Position numbers and translations under genes: made by a program
In this document: one piece after another, positions 1-13,436 of the stretch
How positions within the stretch are numbered: position 1 is the stretch's first letter
Layout: each line of letters opens with the position of its first letter
Assembly: GCA_951406725.2 (NCBI GenBank)
Contig: OX597816.1
Span: 152,892,001 to 152,956,000 of the forward strand
DNA length: 64,000 nt
Direction: 5' to 3'
Source: Octopus vulgaris
Lineage: Eukaryota
Notes under the pieces: generated by a model
The model's database searches: none
Told to the model about the DNA's origin: nothing
The model's input: only the letters and a program-made list of their open reading frames with translations

Positions 1-89
1 CAGCAACAACAACAATTGCTATTACAGCAACAAATGCTGCAATTAATGAAGTCGTCAAAAATGCTGAAAAGATGTTCTTCCCAGATTAT

Positions 90-1255
90 GTTGCGAACTC
101 AATAACAGAGTTTAAGTATGAATCAGACGAAGGAGTTACCTTCGAGGTGTCTACTAACAGATCGTCAATAAAGAGTGCGAAGATTGGGACGACGATATGA
201 AAAATCGTTTAATCTTAGGAAAATTGGCAGCAGCAGAACATGAGCGTTACAGCAATTAAGTACTCCCGAAAAAAATCTTCTGACGTATATTAAAAATACA
301 ATATTGTGTAAAACTTTTAGCGAGAAAAGCTCGTTATTCAATATACGCAAGAAATGTTTGAACCTAGAAAAGAACAACGAAGAGGACTACATCACATATG
401 CTGGTAGGGTTAACAGGAAATGTGAAAAGTTCAAACTGGACGAATAAACGCCAGATATGTTTAAGTGCCTGATATATATTTTCGGACTAATTTCAGAAAA
501 TGACGCAGAATTAAGAACAAGAATTCTCACTAGGCTGGAATAAAACCAAGTTGTAGCCTTACAACAAGTGTCAGAAGAGTGTAAAGGAATAGCAAGTTTA
601 AGACACGAAACAGAGAAAATTGAACATAAAGATTGCTCTCAAATGAAACAAGTGCGTTGGAAAATAAAAAAAACAGGGAGAATAGAAATCAAATGTGTAC
701 TAATATACAGTACAAACAGGACAAAAGTCAGGAAACAAACCAATGTTAAGCATTTAAGAAAGCAGTATATTACCGTCATGGAAAAATTGGACACGTAAAA
801 GTGCATTGTAAAACCAAGATGGCAAAACGGAACAAAGGAAAGAGAAAAAACGAAATGTCGAAAGAAAATTTAAAAGAGGAATGTGAAAATTAAAAATATA
901 AGAGTAAAAGGCAGTTAGATACTGGAAGTGATATTACCATTGTGAATGAAGGAATTTGGAAGTATATCGGTAATCCAAAATTAAGTAAATCTACAAAGTA
1001 GCTTACGATGTTACGGGTAAAAGATTGTATTTTGTTGACAAATTTGTGTGTAACGTAACATTTCGAGACAAAATGAAAATGGCAAAAGTATGCGTTAAAA
1101 AATTCAGTTAATCTATTCTGAATAGAGTGGATGGAACTATTCAAATTATGGAATACTTGAGAATATAGTTGGTTCAGTCGAAGGTTCGAATGCAGCTGAG
1201 GGATTGAAACTAAAAATAAAACATTTATTTCCAGATGTTTTCTCGGAGAAACTAG
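90..1255 (+). mobile_element. Degraded Ty3/Gypsy (K02A2.6-like) LTR retrotransposon gag-protease remnant
   Basis: Manual translation across stops and frameshifts gives gag-like segments (EFKYESDEGVTFE; DYITYAGRVNRKCEKFKLD; DMFKCL; DAELRTRILTRLE). A decayed zinc knuckle (GKIGHVKVHCK) lies near 780-812, and an aspartic protease motif QLDTGSDITIVNEGIWKYIGNPKL starts at 912. Confidence 0.8.
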
Positions 1256-1267
1256 TCGTTACTATCA

Positions 1268-1420
1268 ATTCCAGTACTTGATTATTTCTTTATCAATCGG
1301 CCCACAAAGGATGTCCAGCAAAGGTGACCTAAGCAGAACTTGAACTCAGAACGTAAAGTACTGGAGAAATACAGCATGGTATTTCTTCTGACATTCTAAC
1401 GATTCTACCAGTTCACCATC
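1268..1420 (-). mobile_element. Diverged SINE family A fragment
   Basis: Contains ttgaactcagaacgtaaag and ctaacgattctaccagttcacc, matching the reverse complement of the family A head at 45888. Confidence 0.65.
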
Positions 1421-1423
1421 GTT

Positions 1424-1516
<93 letters not shown>
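1424..1516. repeat. Compound microsatellite (TAC)n(AAT)n
   Basis: Read directly from the sequence. Confidence 0.95.
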
Positions 1517-1517
<1 letters not shown>

Positions 1518-1699
1518 GTAACAATGATGATTTCTTTAGTCACGAATAAGAGTTTACACAAATTGCAGAGACGTAGTAGAAAATACAGTGTGATATGATT
1601 TGATGAAGTGTTACATGAAGGTGTGTAAACAGTAAATTAACAAAAGAATTGATGCAAAGGATTCAAACAACAAACCCCACCCCCAAAAGAAGAGACTTC

Positions 1700-2930
1700 C
1701 AAGAAATTATCGTAGAAACTCCACAAAACCACGGTTTCCTTGACCACAGTGCAAGTGCCTTCTCCAAGGCCCATTCTCTCAATATATAATCGCATGCTCT
1801 AACAAACCCGCTCACTCAGATTATTCTTGCCCCAGTCATCCATCTTACAACGAATTTGCTGGAAAGCAGCGCTTTCTTCTCCACCTAGCTTTCATTTTGA
1901 AGTGGAACTTGAAAAACTTAATGTGGGCTTAATGTGTCCACCACACAAATTCTTTCGTAAGGCCACTAGATAAATACTGACTGTCCTTTCTAGTCAAAGG
2001 AAGTAGGAGTGGACTCAGCCGATTGTTGGATCCGTTCTGCACGCTACAGCAGATGTTTGACATAAATCCAAAGTCAGCAATGCTCAGGAATTGGACAAGA
2101 GCGGCATTTCAATAACTGTAACATTTATCTCGAACCAGCTATAATCCTCCGGTAGCACTGTCTAGCCACAAACTTTTGGAAATTATCCATGGGCTCCAGC
2201 CCCCAAGTCTTTCGGAATAGACCAGCCAGTTGATTCTCATCGACGCCCAGAGCCTCTCCGAGAACATGGCCCCTCCTGCACACCACTGAATCTTTATAGA
2301 AAACCAAAATGGAACTTCCACCGACTGCATTGACTAGTTGGAGTGGGTTGTGAACGCCCGACAACACTTTAGGTGCTAAGCGTCCTGCTACGGACTATGT
2401 CTGATCCAGGACTGCAGCTAAGTCAGAGAGACAAGTTGCGAAAAAATGAATCTGACAAACGGCAACCTCATCTGTTTACGGTTAAGAAAGCACTGGAGAT
2501 GTCGCAACCTCAGTGCATCAGCTACGGCATGCTCTGTCTTTCACTACATTAACAACAAATGGATCGCCTGAGCTGAAGAACGTGTCTCTTCCACAGAAAG
2601 CGAAGAGTAGGCGCTCAAGAGTGATGAAATGATAACTTGGGCAAGGCACGACGGTCAGGCAGTAATATATGACTGAGCCGATGTATATATTCGCCACCTC
2701 TTCCCGAACTTTCAGGGAAATCTTTCTCTCGGTCCATTTCTGGCTGAGATTGACTACCCTGCTCGTCACCTCGTCCCAGCTCTTCTTGGTGATCTTGACC
2801 AAATAAGACGCTGAGCAATTTAACCTGTCCGTCCAGTGTCCCATGTTGCTGTCGGACGACATGGACCTGCCACTTCACGTCCCAAGCTGACTTTTTTTGG
2901 TTGACTTTTGCTGCTGTCACTGTCTCAGTA
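1700..2930 (-). mobile_element. Degraded L1/Tx1-like non-LTR retrotransposon ORF2 (RT C-terminal part and downstream region)
   Basis: WDEVTSRVVNLSQKWTERKISLKVREEVANIYIGSVIYYCLTVVPCP resembles the Tx1/L1 post-RT WxxRxLSLxGR motif; several frameshifts are present. Confidence 0.75.
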
Positions 2931-3442
2931 CATTATATAGAGCTTATATTTGTAGGTAGGAGGTTGGCGATTCTTGCCACCATTACTTAAAATTTTAGAG
3001 GTAGGAGAGCACGCGTACTAGCGATTAATCGATCAAATATCTGCATCATGTGAAGTTTTAACTATTTTCAGCCTGAATGCTGGACCCCTGTTGATATTTG
3101 GTATACTTCGCTTTCGTCGGTAGAGCCAGATCACTTGAAGAAAATTGTTGCAGATTGTGAATCACTTCAAATCGCAATTAGAGTTTGAAGTGCAACAAAG
3201 ATACAGAGCTATCAAGAATACTTTGATTCACAAGGGGTTTAACTCTTCGATTTTTCGGGCTTAGTTTTCTGGGTCAGTAGGTTGAAACTGTCTCAGAAGA
3301 AATGTTCACCTATAGAGACAACTGGAGACACCTCAGTTTCTAAATTTCAAGTTAACTAAAATTAATTTCTGTATTTTGAATATTTAGTATGTTCACACAC
3401 ACATACTAAACACATCCATGTACACGTGCTTGAAAAGCCAGA

Positions 3443-3490
<48 letters not shown>

Positions 3491-4173
3491 TGTGTGTGTG
3501 TATGCATGTATGTATGTATGTATGTATGTATGTATGTATGTATGTATGTATGTATGTATTGAATTGTATGTATGCATTGTATGTATTGAATAATCTCTAG
3601 TACAATATCTTTATTTTATGGTAATGCAATTTTTCTCTGAAAATTCACAGCATTGAGAAATACAAGTTTACTTCTTTACTCTTATCATTTATATTATCGT
3701 TGTTGTTACTACTTTGCACTTTGTTATTATTGCTGACTGTCGAGCTTCAGGTCTATGTCCTTAACTATATTCTCTCTACTATAAGTATAGCCTACGCCTG
3801 ATTTGGTTGCTTAGAGACCACGTGGTCTGGGGGCCGCATGCCAAATAGGGATACCTCATATATAGTCTTAGGTCAGTGAGTAGGAATACTTACACCACCA
3901 GCAAAACTATGGTATCAAAACAGCTGGAACTTCCCTACATGACAATTATGAAATTTTAATGCTGTGTGGTAATTACGTTTCGGTATGAATAAAGTATGTC
4001 CATAGAACTGAAGGCTATCTTCGTAGACATAAAAAACAAATTAGTCGTAAAGGCTCTCATTGTCTATGCTTTGATTGTGGCGAAACAGCTGAATGTCTTC
4101 GTATCAAGAAACATTCCTTGCATTAGTGAGATACTGAAATAGGATCATCGATAATGCCTCTAAAATAAATGCC

Positions 4174-4468
4174 TCATCATCATCATCATTGTTCGACCGT
4201 GGTCGAGACAATGGAATTTACTATGTTACACCAGACTTCACGGTCCATCATAGCATTACGGAGGTCCTGTTGCTGGATGCCTGTATCCCTGGAGATTACA
4301 TCAGGGTAGGAGAGTGTGCGCCCTCTGGTATTGCGAGTAGAAATTACTTCTTTTTCAGCTCTACAACAATGTCCAGCAAACTGGACTCTTCTACCTTTCA
4401 CAAGAGATGACACAGGTGGTAATTTCCCATATATTTGCATTTTGGTTGGATGGCGCTTCCACGAGAGA
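4174..4468 (-). mobile_element. 3' end of RTE-clade LINE with (TGA)n tail
   Basis: QIYGKLPPVSSLVKGRRVQFAGHCCR...AMMDREVW is a typical RTE C-terminus (RxxxxGH, DRxxW); the stop runs directly into (TGA)n. Confidence 0.8.
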
Positions 4469-4559
4469 TGCCTAGTGAGTTGTAATCAACCGATTGTGCA
4501 AGTTGTCAGTATTTTCAGTTAGTTATCTTTACAGATCCTATTTTTAATATAGGTAAAAT

Positions 4560-5290
4560 CTTCAAACTGTCTTGGTTTTTATGAGTTAAAAACAGTCCCA
4601 GAATGAAAAACCCACGGGGACTGGATTTTAGATTTTGTTATACGGAACTAATCAGGACTTTTTATTCAGATAATAGTGTGTGGGTAAAATAATAAGAAAG
4701 CCGATGATTTTGTAAGAGATAATATAATGAAATGAAAGCAACATGGGATAGCTCATTTGATACGAAACATGAAGGTTGCGTTGTTAGAAATAAAGCAAGC
4801 GTACTAAGAAAAGAGGCTGTAAAATATGCTCATTGGTTCGAATTGCAAAGCACGACATCGAAACAAATCCAGCAAACGTAACTACTGGATGAATTCGGAC
4901 GCATGATGTTTAATTTTGGGTAGGTGTATTGCATCTTTTGTCGACATTCTTCTGAACTGCTTAGATGAACATACTATAATTCGTTGGAACAATTTGGTTG
5001 GAGGGATAGACATTAGAACTTTCTTGAATGGCCGGCTACCGGTTATATCAGAGGAACTGAAATATTGTGAGAGAGGTAAGTCTAGATGATCTGCCTGATG
5101 AAATCTATTTATATATTTCAGACTTGTTAACTCCTGTCTTAATCAATATGTACAGTAACGAGCAGCCGACTGAGAATATTCTGAGCTCTGTTCACCGGGG
5201 ATAGGCTGCATTGCTAATTAACTGCGATTCAAGTATTGCAGACAATTTAATAAATTATAGCCCTATCTCAAAATTTTGTGGCCTTGCGTT
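4560..5290 (+). mobile_element. Highly degraded L1/Tx1-like ORF2 fragment (linker to RT N-terminus)
   Basis: Remnants of a GKSPGxDGLPxE-like motif (ggtaagtctagatgatctgcctgatgaaatc, about 5075-5105) and an NYxPI-like motif (aattatagccctatc, about 5253). Confidence 0.5.
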
Positions 5291-6766
5291 TCATTCAAAA
5301 CTTATTGGTCTGAATCATAACTATTATATTTTGCTATATTATATCGTTAACTACATTACTGTTATAATATTATACTATATCATATTATATATTTTCCACT
5401 TAATATTTGCTCTGATAATTCTAGATTCATTTGAAGCGCAAATGAAGGAAGTAATATTTATTTTATATTCTATATGTAGAGAAACTTTATTGAACTATTT
5501 GCGAGTCAAGCCACACCGGGGTATGATAACAAAGTAAAATGCTCAAATCAACAACTGAAAAATGCAAAACACCCAACCAGATACACACACATACACACAC
5601 ACACACACACACACAAACACACACATACAAAAACACACACATCCTTTAGAAGGCTCACAATTTAAGTCTTTCTAAACAATCGCAACTTAATTCCACAGCT
5701 TGTCTACATTTTATGAATTCGCAATTTCTTGGTCACTCCGAAGGAAAGTACAATCTGAGATATATACAAAATAATGTATTTAATATCGTTTACATTTATG
5801 TACAGCTCTGTAGTTGATACAGAATTACCCACCCTACACACAATTATGATGTCAGGAGCGTGTTACATGAACTTATGCAAAACAAATTATGCATGGACAA
5901 ACACACTTAAACATCACTGCACATATACTCGTATGCGCGCCCACAAATAGCTATGTACTGAAAAACTTGTAATAATAACGGAGCGAATTATCGATATGGA
6001 CAAATAAACTACATTTATTAAGTACATTTTCTTATGTTTGTAAATCTTATGTAAGAGAGAGAAGGAGAGAGAGAGAGGGAGAGTGTATGTATGTGTGTGT
6101 ACGTGTGTGTGTATATGTGGGTGTGCATATGTGTTTGCGTGTATGTGTCTGTTTGTGTGTATAACTATGACTTCAAATTTTCTTCGTTGACAAAGCCAGA
6201 CGAAGTGAAATTTTGAAATAACTGCCTTTTGCATTGTAAAAACATTTTATTCTCTACTTTTCTAGTTATTTGATTAATTTTATGTACGATTTCTACATAA
6301 AACACACACTAATATATGTATGTACGTGTGCGTACACGCGCGGATATCAGTGTATATGTGTGTGCGTGTCTGTGTGTGTGTATGTAGGGTGTGTGTGTGT
6401 AGGGTGTCTGTGTGTGTGTGTGTGTGCACTTTTCACACGTATGTTCTCATACACACGCTGTTCACAGAGGCACACGTCTTTATGCATTTCTGTTCACGTA
6501 GATTCAAGTATTGGAGCAAAACATGTGTTGTCTAGACAGCAACAACCATAAATAAATACAATAAACTGAAAATAAAAACCAACATTTTTATTCTAATAAA
6601 TAAAATATTGAGTTTTTTCATATTCGTTGGGAACTTGAGATGATTTCCATCTACACTCACATGCATACAAAAACATACAAAAATATATATACACCAGTGA
6701 ATGGAGAAACAAGTAAATGTACAAGTATATAAATTTTAGTTATACACTAAAAACCTTACGAAATAT

Positions 6767-8024
6767 ATGTAGGGAGAATTCACAAAGAAAAACAAAGACG
6801 AAAACAGTTAGTGTAGACAGGAAACAGATGTATTAGTTTAACGCTCGGGAAGTGAAAAAGTCTTTAACGTTTCGAGCCTACGCTCTTCTACAGAGAGGAA
6901 CACAGAAAGAAACAAGGAGAGAAAATAAAGAATGTGTAGTGGCGAGCAGTCTATCAAGGCGAATGCCGGACAGAGGAGTCACACAGGAGAGCTAGGAAGA
7001 AGGGGAGATAATAAAGTAGTGGTGATCTAAAAACGAAGGTGCGCGTGCGCATGTATTAGATAGCATGTATGTGCGTGTGTATTAGAGAGCATGTATATGC
7101 GTGTGGAAGAGGGCTGCTGACCTTGACGTGTGCTTGTATATATGTGTAGGTGTGTGGATGATGGTGTGGGGCTGAGAAGTGGTCAGTGCTAGTGTGTGCG
7201 TGGTGGTGTGATGTGATGTGGTGTTGTGTGGTATGGTGGTGTATGATGTGGTTGTATTGTTGGGATGTTGGGGAGGCGAGTGTAAGGAAAGCAAGGGTGG
7301 GGTGTAGGTTAGGCTGAGGATGGGCGTAGAAGTGGGGTATGTGGGAGTGGGTATAAGGGATGGTGTGGGAGTGAGTGTAAGGGATAGGGTGGGAGTGGGT
7401 GTAAGGGATGGGGTAGGAGTGGGATGGGATGGATAGGGAAGGTGGGGCTGGATTTTGTAGGGGTTGGGTTATGAGGAAGGGGTGACGATGAAAGGAGAGG
7501 GGGAAGGGAGAAGATGGGTAGGAGAGAAGAGAGAAGGGTAGTAGGAGTGAAGAGAAGTAGGAGTCGGAGCAAGAGAGGAAAGGTGGGTGGGAGGAAGTAG
7601 GTGCGAGAAGGAGAGAGGAGAGGGGAGGATGAAAGTTGAGCCCATGTGGCGCAAAGGAGCGAAGAGAGAAGATTAATTCCTGTTCACGGCGAAAACAGGA
7701 GTCCGGATGTGCAAGGACAATCCGAACACAGACAGATGTTGCAAAAAGGGACCGGTAGAGCGGAAATGCGCGAGACCGGGGTGTCATTGTCGAGTTGGAT
7801 GCCTCAGAGGTGTTCCACGAACCGGTCAGCCAAGCGGCGTCCCGTTTGCCCGATGTATAGAGAAGGGCAGAGAGAGAGCAGGAGATACAGTAGATGACAT
7901 TGGTAGAAGTGAAGGTAAAGGCGTCGGTGATACGATAGGGCCAATAATGGGTGCCGGTGAGGAGGGTGGTGTCGGAGAGGTAAGGGCAAATGCGGCAGCG
8001 TAGGCAGGAGCAGGGGAACGAGCC
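6767..8024 (-). mobile_element. 5'-truncated Penelope-like element: GIY-YIG endonuclease remnant, low-complexity 3' region, pseudo-LTR with hammerhead-like motif
   Basis: LCPSLYIGQTGRRLADRFVEHL and FRREQELIFSLRSFAPHGLN give the GIY-YIG YIG/R/E/GLN motifs at about 7635-7880. A hammerhead-like motif lies at 6862-6896, and the element is bounded by (TA)n at 8025. Confidence 0.85.
6862..6896 (-). ncRNA. Minimal type I hammerhead-like motif, variant core (CUGUAGA)
   Basis: Minus strand reads CTGTAGA-A-GAGC-GTAG-GCTC-GAAAC-GTT. Confidence 0.55.
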
Positions 8025-8197
8025 ATATATATATATATATATATATGTATAGAAATTAAATATAAATTATAAATTACAATGTGGGACAAGAACGCAAAAA
8101 CACAAAGAGACGACACAAAAAAACAGACGGGGCACTCGAAGCCTCTAATCTTCAGTCGGGAATCGGATCATCTTAGCAATTTCGGCTGTTTAATACA

Positions 8198-8368
8198 CTA
8201 TAACGTATGTGTGTTGTTTAAATACCAGAAGCAGTAAAAAAAATTATCTGTAAAAAAAATTATATTGTGAAATGTATTGTGTTAACACTATACATCTTTA
8301 AAGGGATTTTTCTTGGATTAAAATCCCTCACCATCTGATATTTAAACAACACACATAGCTTCTATAGT
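8198..8368. mobile_element. Small MITE-like element with about 30-bp terminal inverted repeats
   Basis: tatgtgtgttgtttaaataccaga at the left end pairs with tctgatatttaaacaacacacata at the right end. Confidence 0.65.
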
Positions 8369-8401
8369 ATCTTGCCCAGCTAGCAGATAGTTTATACACC
8401 G

Positions 8402-8482
<81 letters not shown>
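8402..8482. repeat. (TCTA)n microsatellite
   Basis: Read directly from the sequence. Confidence 0.95.
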
Positions 8483-8863
8483 GTGTGTGTGCGTGTAAGC
8501 GTCTGCTTGTACGTTTCTTTGTCGTTCTATCACTCCCTCTCCCTTCCCCTTCTCTTTTCATGTCTTATTTTAATTCTTGGCCCTCACACTTTCCATCGTT
8601 TTTTACCTGTTCATTTATATGCCTGTCTTCCTTTCATCCATTGTTTACTATACACATTACGCAAATTTCTTTCACTAACCTCTCACACTCCTTCTCCAAT
8701 CTTTTTTCACTCCACCACTCTTTCACTCACATTCTCTTATTTTTGTTTTCATTAATGTATTGATCAGCCTTCACAATTTAATTGCCTGGAATAGGAACAG
8801 ATGGCGTAGATGGGGTGAACAGTAACAAGTGACAGCTTCAATAATTTTTGTTTTAATTTACTT

Positions 8864-8904
<41 letters not shown>

Positions 8905-9099
8905 AAGGGGTAGTACTAATTCCTTTAACTCTCTCTACGTTTTCTCTATCGTTTGCTTGACCTCAAATAAAGATTATGTTTCTGTTATTCACAAACACAA
9001 AACTAAACACACTACAAATACCCCCCTTTTCATGATAATAATAGATAAATAATAAATAAATAACTATATTAATCCAATTTACATCGAATATTTTTTTAT

Positions 9100-9432
9100 C
9101 GATTACAAAAGGTAAAGATTACAAAAATGTGTTTTTCAGAAATTACACAAAATATCGGATTAAGCCCTTTGGCAGCTTGGCTGATTTGGGCAAGTTGGTA
9201 GAAGGTCAAAAAATAAAAAATAAATTGGTCAATAATTATAAAAAAACATCCTTTGCATGCAAACAAGGTGGTCAAAAATGTATATAAAAAGTAAATCTCT
9301 TTAAGTCTGGAAATATAAAATATTACAAATGTTATAAATATTGTAGGTCTATAAAAATAAAGTTTATTAGTTTGGTTCAGCAGAAGGTGGGTTTTTAATG
9401 ATTTTTTGAAATTTGAAAGCTTTTTTGACAAA
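9100..9432 (-). mobile_element. Probable LINE (L2/CR1-like) 3' end
   Basis: LSNFKKSLKTHLL is the typical FKxxLKxxL LINE C-terminus, followed by AT-rich 3'UTR-like sequence. Confidence 0.45.
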
Positions 9433-10177
9433 TTGATACTCGATAAACGATCGCTTCAAAATTCAAGTCAGTGATACCTCTTGTTTGGTAGGAGGGAAAG
9501 AATGGCGACGGATAATTTCATAGAAATAAATATGGCGGTGATGATGAAATATTTTGTGGAACTTGATGGGGAAGATGTATATATGTAACCTAATTTCTCT
9601 TAAATTACAGCATTCTGCTCTTTAAAAATTGAAAGAACACTCTAAATGACGTACCTAAAAATAATAGAATGATCAGAAAGGGACTACTTTTGACCACAAA
9701 TCAATACAAGTAGGGCTAATCTAGAACTGAAACAATAACAACAAACAAGACATGTACATGAGAACAAAAATAAAGAAAAAACAAAACTAAGCAATATACT
9801 ATTGACACTATCACAAAATCTATATAATAATCTGCTTGTTCGTTCGCCCGTTATACATTAGTTAGCAAGAGAGGTGGAGGTGGAGGTGGAGTGAGAGATG
9901 GAGAGGAAGTGAGAGGTGGAGCAAGAGAGAGTGAGAGAAAGAGAGAGTGGGAGGAGTAAAGAATGAAGAGAAGAGGAAAAGTAGAGAAAGGTGAGTGATA
10001 TTAATACATTTCGGCCAAATGGTCACATGGTCCGCTGAAGGTTGAGATGAAGAACGACAGAAAAAGAGGGAGAGAGAAGTGTTAATGATGTGCGGTGGGG
10101 GTGGGGAAGGACTACTTATGTGGTTAAAAAGTTAGCTGAAGGGAAAGAGAGAGATGGACAGGGGAAACGGTTATATT

Positions 10178-10225
<48 letters not shown>

Positions 10226-10659
10226 CAGATAGCAGTGATGATGGTGGTGGTGGTGTGTTGGTAGTGAAAAGTATTTTTTTTTTATTGAATTGATTTTTTT
10301 TCGCTTATAGCATGCGCATAAATGCAATGATTTATCGTCTGCTCGCTGAAAAAATTGGTATTTTTTTTTATGATGGTTAATTTAGAAACACGGTTGCAAA
10401 CTGCCCAAGAAAGGATGCGCAGATATAGAGCACGGATCAGATAGGAACAGCGAGAAAATATAATAAAAAAGAGAGAAAAAACATTGACGGAGACGTGAGG
10501 AAATGAAATGTAGACGAACGTCTAGGATATTTAAAGAAAGCTAAACTGTGAATACTATGAAAATGCAAACCATCCTTTCTTCCTTAAATAGGTCCTCTTA
10601 ATTTTTTCCATTCTGTGGTATTTCAACGGGTCCCACTAGTAAATATAAATAAAACTATG

Positions 10660-10925
10660 TAGTAAGGACGTTATGGTTAATGTAATGGCGTAGGAATACT
10701 GTTAAGTACAATATGGATACTGGAAAACGATGTGTATGGTAACAGCACCGGATTACTTTGAGTACTATAACTGTTAGAATATCATGGGCACAGTAACAAT
10801 GGAGGAATATTTTGGTATTTTAATAGTGTTAGAATACCATTAGTATTCTAGCAGCGCAGGAAAACTGGATATTGTAATAGCAGTGATTCACCTTGGATAT
10901 TTAACAACTCTTGAATACCATTTTA
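10660..10925. repeat. Degenerate minisatellite with a period of about 26-28 bp
   Basis: Recurring unit approximately taacagtgttagaataccttggatatt, for example taactgttagaatatcatggg and taatagtgttagaataccattag. Confidence 0.55.
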
Positions 10926-13202
10926 TTACCACTTTCCTGGTATAGATTAGAGAGAAGTTAAATATAGTATTAGGTAGGCAACCGATTCTTGAATCAATGC
11001 TTTCCGAGTGACTGTTGGGGGCTTTGTCTTTTATCACTGTTCCATTTTCTTCTGGTACTTCATTTAATCTTTCAGATATTCTTGATTTATTTTTACATCC
11101 ACTTACACTCTTTCATTATTCTCACTCACTCTCACATATCTCATTGGCAAGTTATCGATTCACTGGTGAGGTTGAAATATTGAAACATGTCTTTCTTTAG
11201 TGTATCCAGGACTACATTATCTATTCGAGTTCCTCACTTTTTATAAATGATAGGACGAGGATTGAAGGAGATTTGAATCGTAATTCTAACAGCACGAGCT
11301 AATGTGTAAGGACTGCCTCCTTGTAGTTTGATGGTCTTGCCCATTGAAATTTGGGTACTTTTGTTTCTGACATGTTGTAAGGCTAGTGACGGAATAACTC
11401 TGTCGGTTTATACTTTATTCGGTTGGTAGGATTGTATATTACAAAGCCAAGAGACAGAACTGTAACAAGAAGAAGGTGCGGGAACGCAGGTGCAAAAGGG
11501 CGGGAAATTTCCTTGCTCTATCAAGCTTCTCAATTAAAGGGGTATGGGTGCAAAAGTATCTTTGCCCACGGACGCTGAGGACCTATGCTACCCTACTAGA
11601 GACAGCTGTCATTTGTTACTTGCTGACTATAACAGTTCATCATTCTATGAGGATTTGCTTTTAAAGGTAGTATCGCCACCAGATTTTCTGCTTTGGTGGT
11701 ATTTTTCATACACAATATGTGTCACAATGTTTGAATTGCTCAAATCAAAAGAAAATTTTCTCTTAGAAATCCCATTGAGAAAGATTATGTGACGGGTGAA
11801 TGAGATTTAGATAATTCTCTGCACTTAACGCATCAACAACTCAACGTCTTTAAAATAGGTGTCTTTTATTACACAATGTAATGACTTCAGTGTTGCGAAC
11901 AAGTCTGTCAAAGGGTATTGCAATATATTTATATTTTTTTTCATTTTGATTTATTAACAAAAACTCAAAGTAACACAATAGAAATATTGGTTGTAGATTT
12001 GATTTAAAACTGTAGTCAATAGATGTAAGACATTACAAAATTTGCTGACTGAAGCTTAGGCTGTCTCTAATTATTTTTTTAATAAGTTGGTCAGGGAATA
12101 AAGGGGTCAATGCTAATAAACCTTGGCAATCCTGCCATATTGTAACATGGGAGTCTTTACTGATCAGTTGTCACTTTTTTGATACAATGTAGCATGCTAT
12201 TTCGTGGATAAATACGCAATTAATCAAACGGTTTACCGTAATTTGGTAATTAAAAGGCCTATTTGCGTGTGGGAGTGTGTGTATATGCTTGTGTGTAAGT
12301 ATCTTTGCAATTTATAGAATGTATGACAGCTTTCTGCCAGCTGGTTGTGTGAAGAATGATTTATAGGGACAACAATTTCTACACACCAAGTCAGAAGGAA
12401 GAAAACTAATGATAAACTGATAGGCTTAATTTAGTTCATATTTTGATAATTGAAGTTTAACATAATCTTTACATTGTGAGTTGTGCTTTTGAGATGTGTT
12501 TTTATGAAACATTTAATTGCTATTTGTCTATCACACGTGCAACATAACCCAGCGTACGTCTAATTCTGAAATTGTGCAACCTGAATATATGTGAATATGC
12601 AACACAAGTAGAAACTACTTTTGTATTTATATGCATTTTAGCCAAGTTACTGAGAAGAACACAAGAATGAATGCAGAAAACTCCAATAGAGTGGGCTGAG
12701 ATGAGTAAACGCTGACACACGTATTGAATATTTTTCTCCTGAGTTTACCTCTAAACAATCGCAGGCTAACATTCCAAATATAATACATGTGTTTTTGCGT
12801 GTATGTACGCGCGAGTACATGTATGTATGTATGTATGTATGTATGTATGTATGTATGTATGTATGTATGTATGTATGTATGTATGTATGTATGTATGTAT
12901 GTATGTGTGAGCACGTATACACACACATACACAAACACATGTATATATATAGAGAGAGATAAACACATATTTACTGTATTTGGTTTACAAGATTCTTGAT
13001 GTGAACTCGTGTGAAAAACAGATTTTATTGTATCTTGGGAAGGTCATTATGCCAATAATAAACACGCGTATTGTATCTATTTTACTTCTTTTAATATCAT
13101 TAGTTAAGTAGATAACCATTTAAACAATTAGCTAATCGATCGGTCAATGAATTAATTAGGTGGGGTTTTTCAAAGTCTTTAGGTTGCTATTCAAGAATAT
13201 AA

Positions 13203-13249
<47 letters not shown>

Positions 13250-13436
13250 TGTATGTATGTATGTATGTATGTATGTATGTATGTATGTATGTATGTATGT
13301 ATGTATGTATGTATGTATGTATGTATGTATATACACTTACATTCGCGAATGGTAACCAAAATAATGAATGAGACCTTGATATTATGTAAATAGAGGAATT
13401 TATCTGTAATATAATGTGATAATTATTCAGTTGCCA

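Noticed and set aside
1-45. Poly-Q stretch as part of a host protein
   Set aside because: It directly precedes the Gypsy gag remnant, is best explained as its N-terminal region, and is cut by the window edge.
7056-7787. 243-aa Pro/His-rich ORF as a host gene
   Set aside because: The N-terminal part is the frameshifted end of the Penelope GIY-YIG domain and the rest is low-complexity 3' sequence.
8125-8165. Hammerhead-like CTGAAGA on the minus strand
   Set aside because: The GAAAC half is not recognisable (it reads CGAGTG), so it is too eroded to call.
10380-10560. Charged-residue stretch (ETRLQTAQERMRRYRAR) resembling Helitron N-terminal repeats
   Set aside because: It is short, interrupted by stops and has no diagnostic Rep or helicase motif.
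12520-12770. Possible minus-strand exons (IRRTLGYVARVIDK*)
   Set aside because: Splice-like sites exist, but the peptides are short and unrecognisable, consistent with chance.
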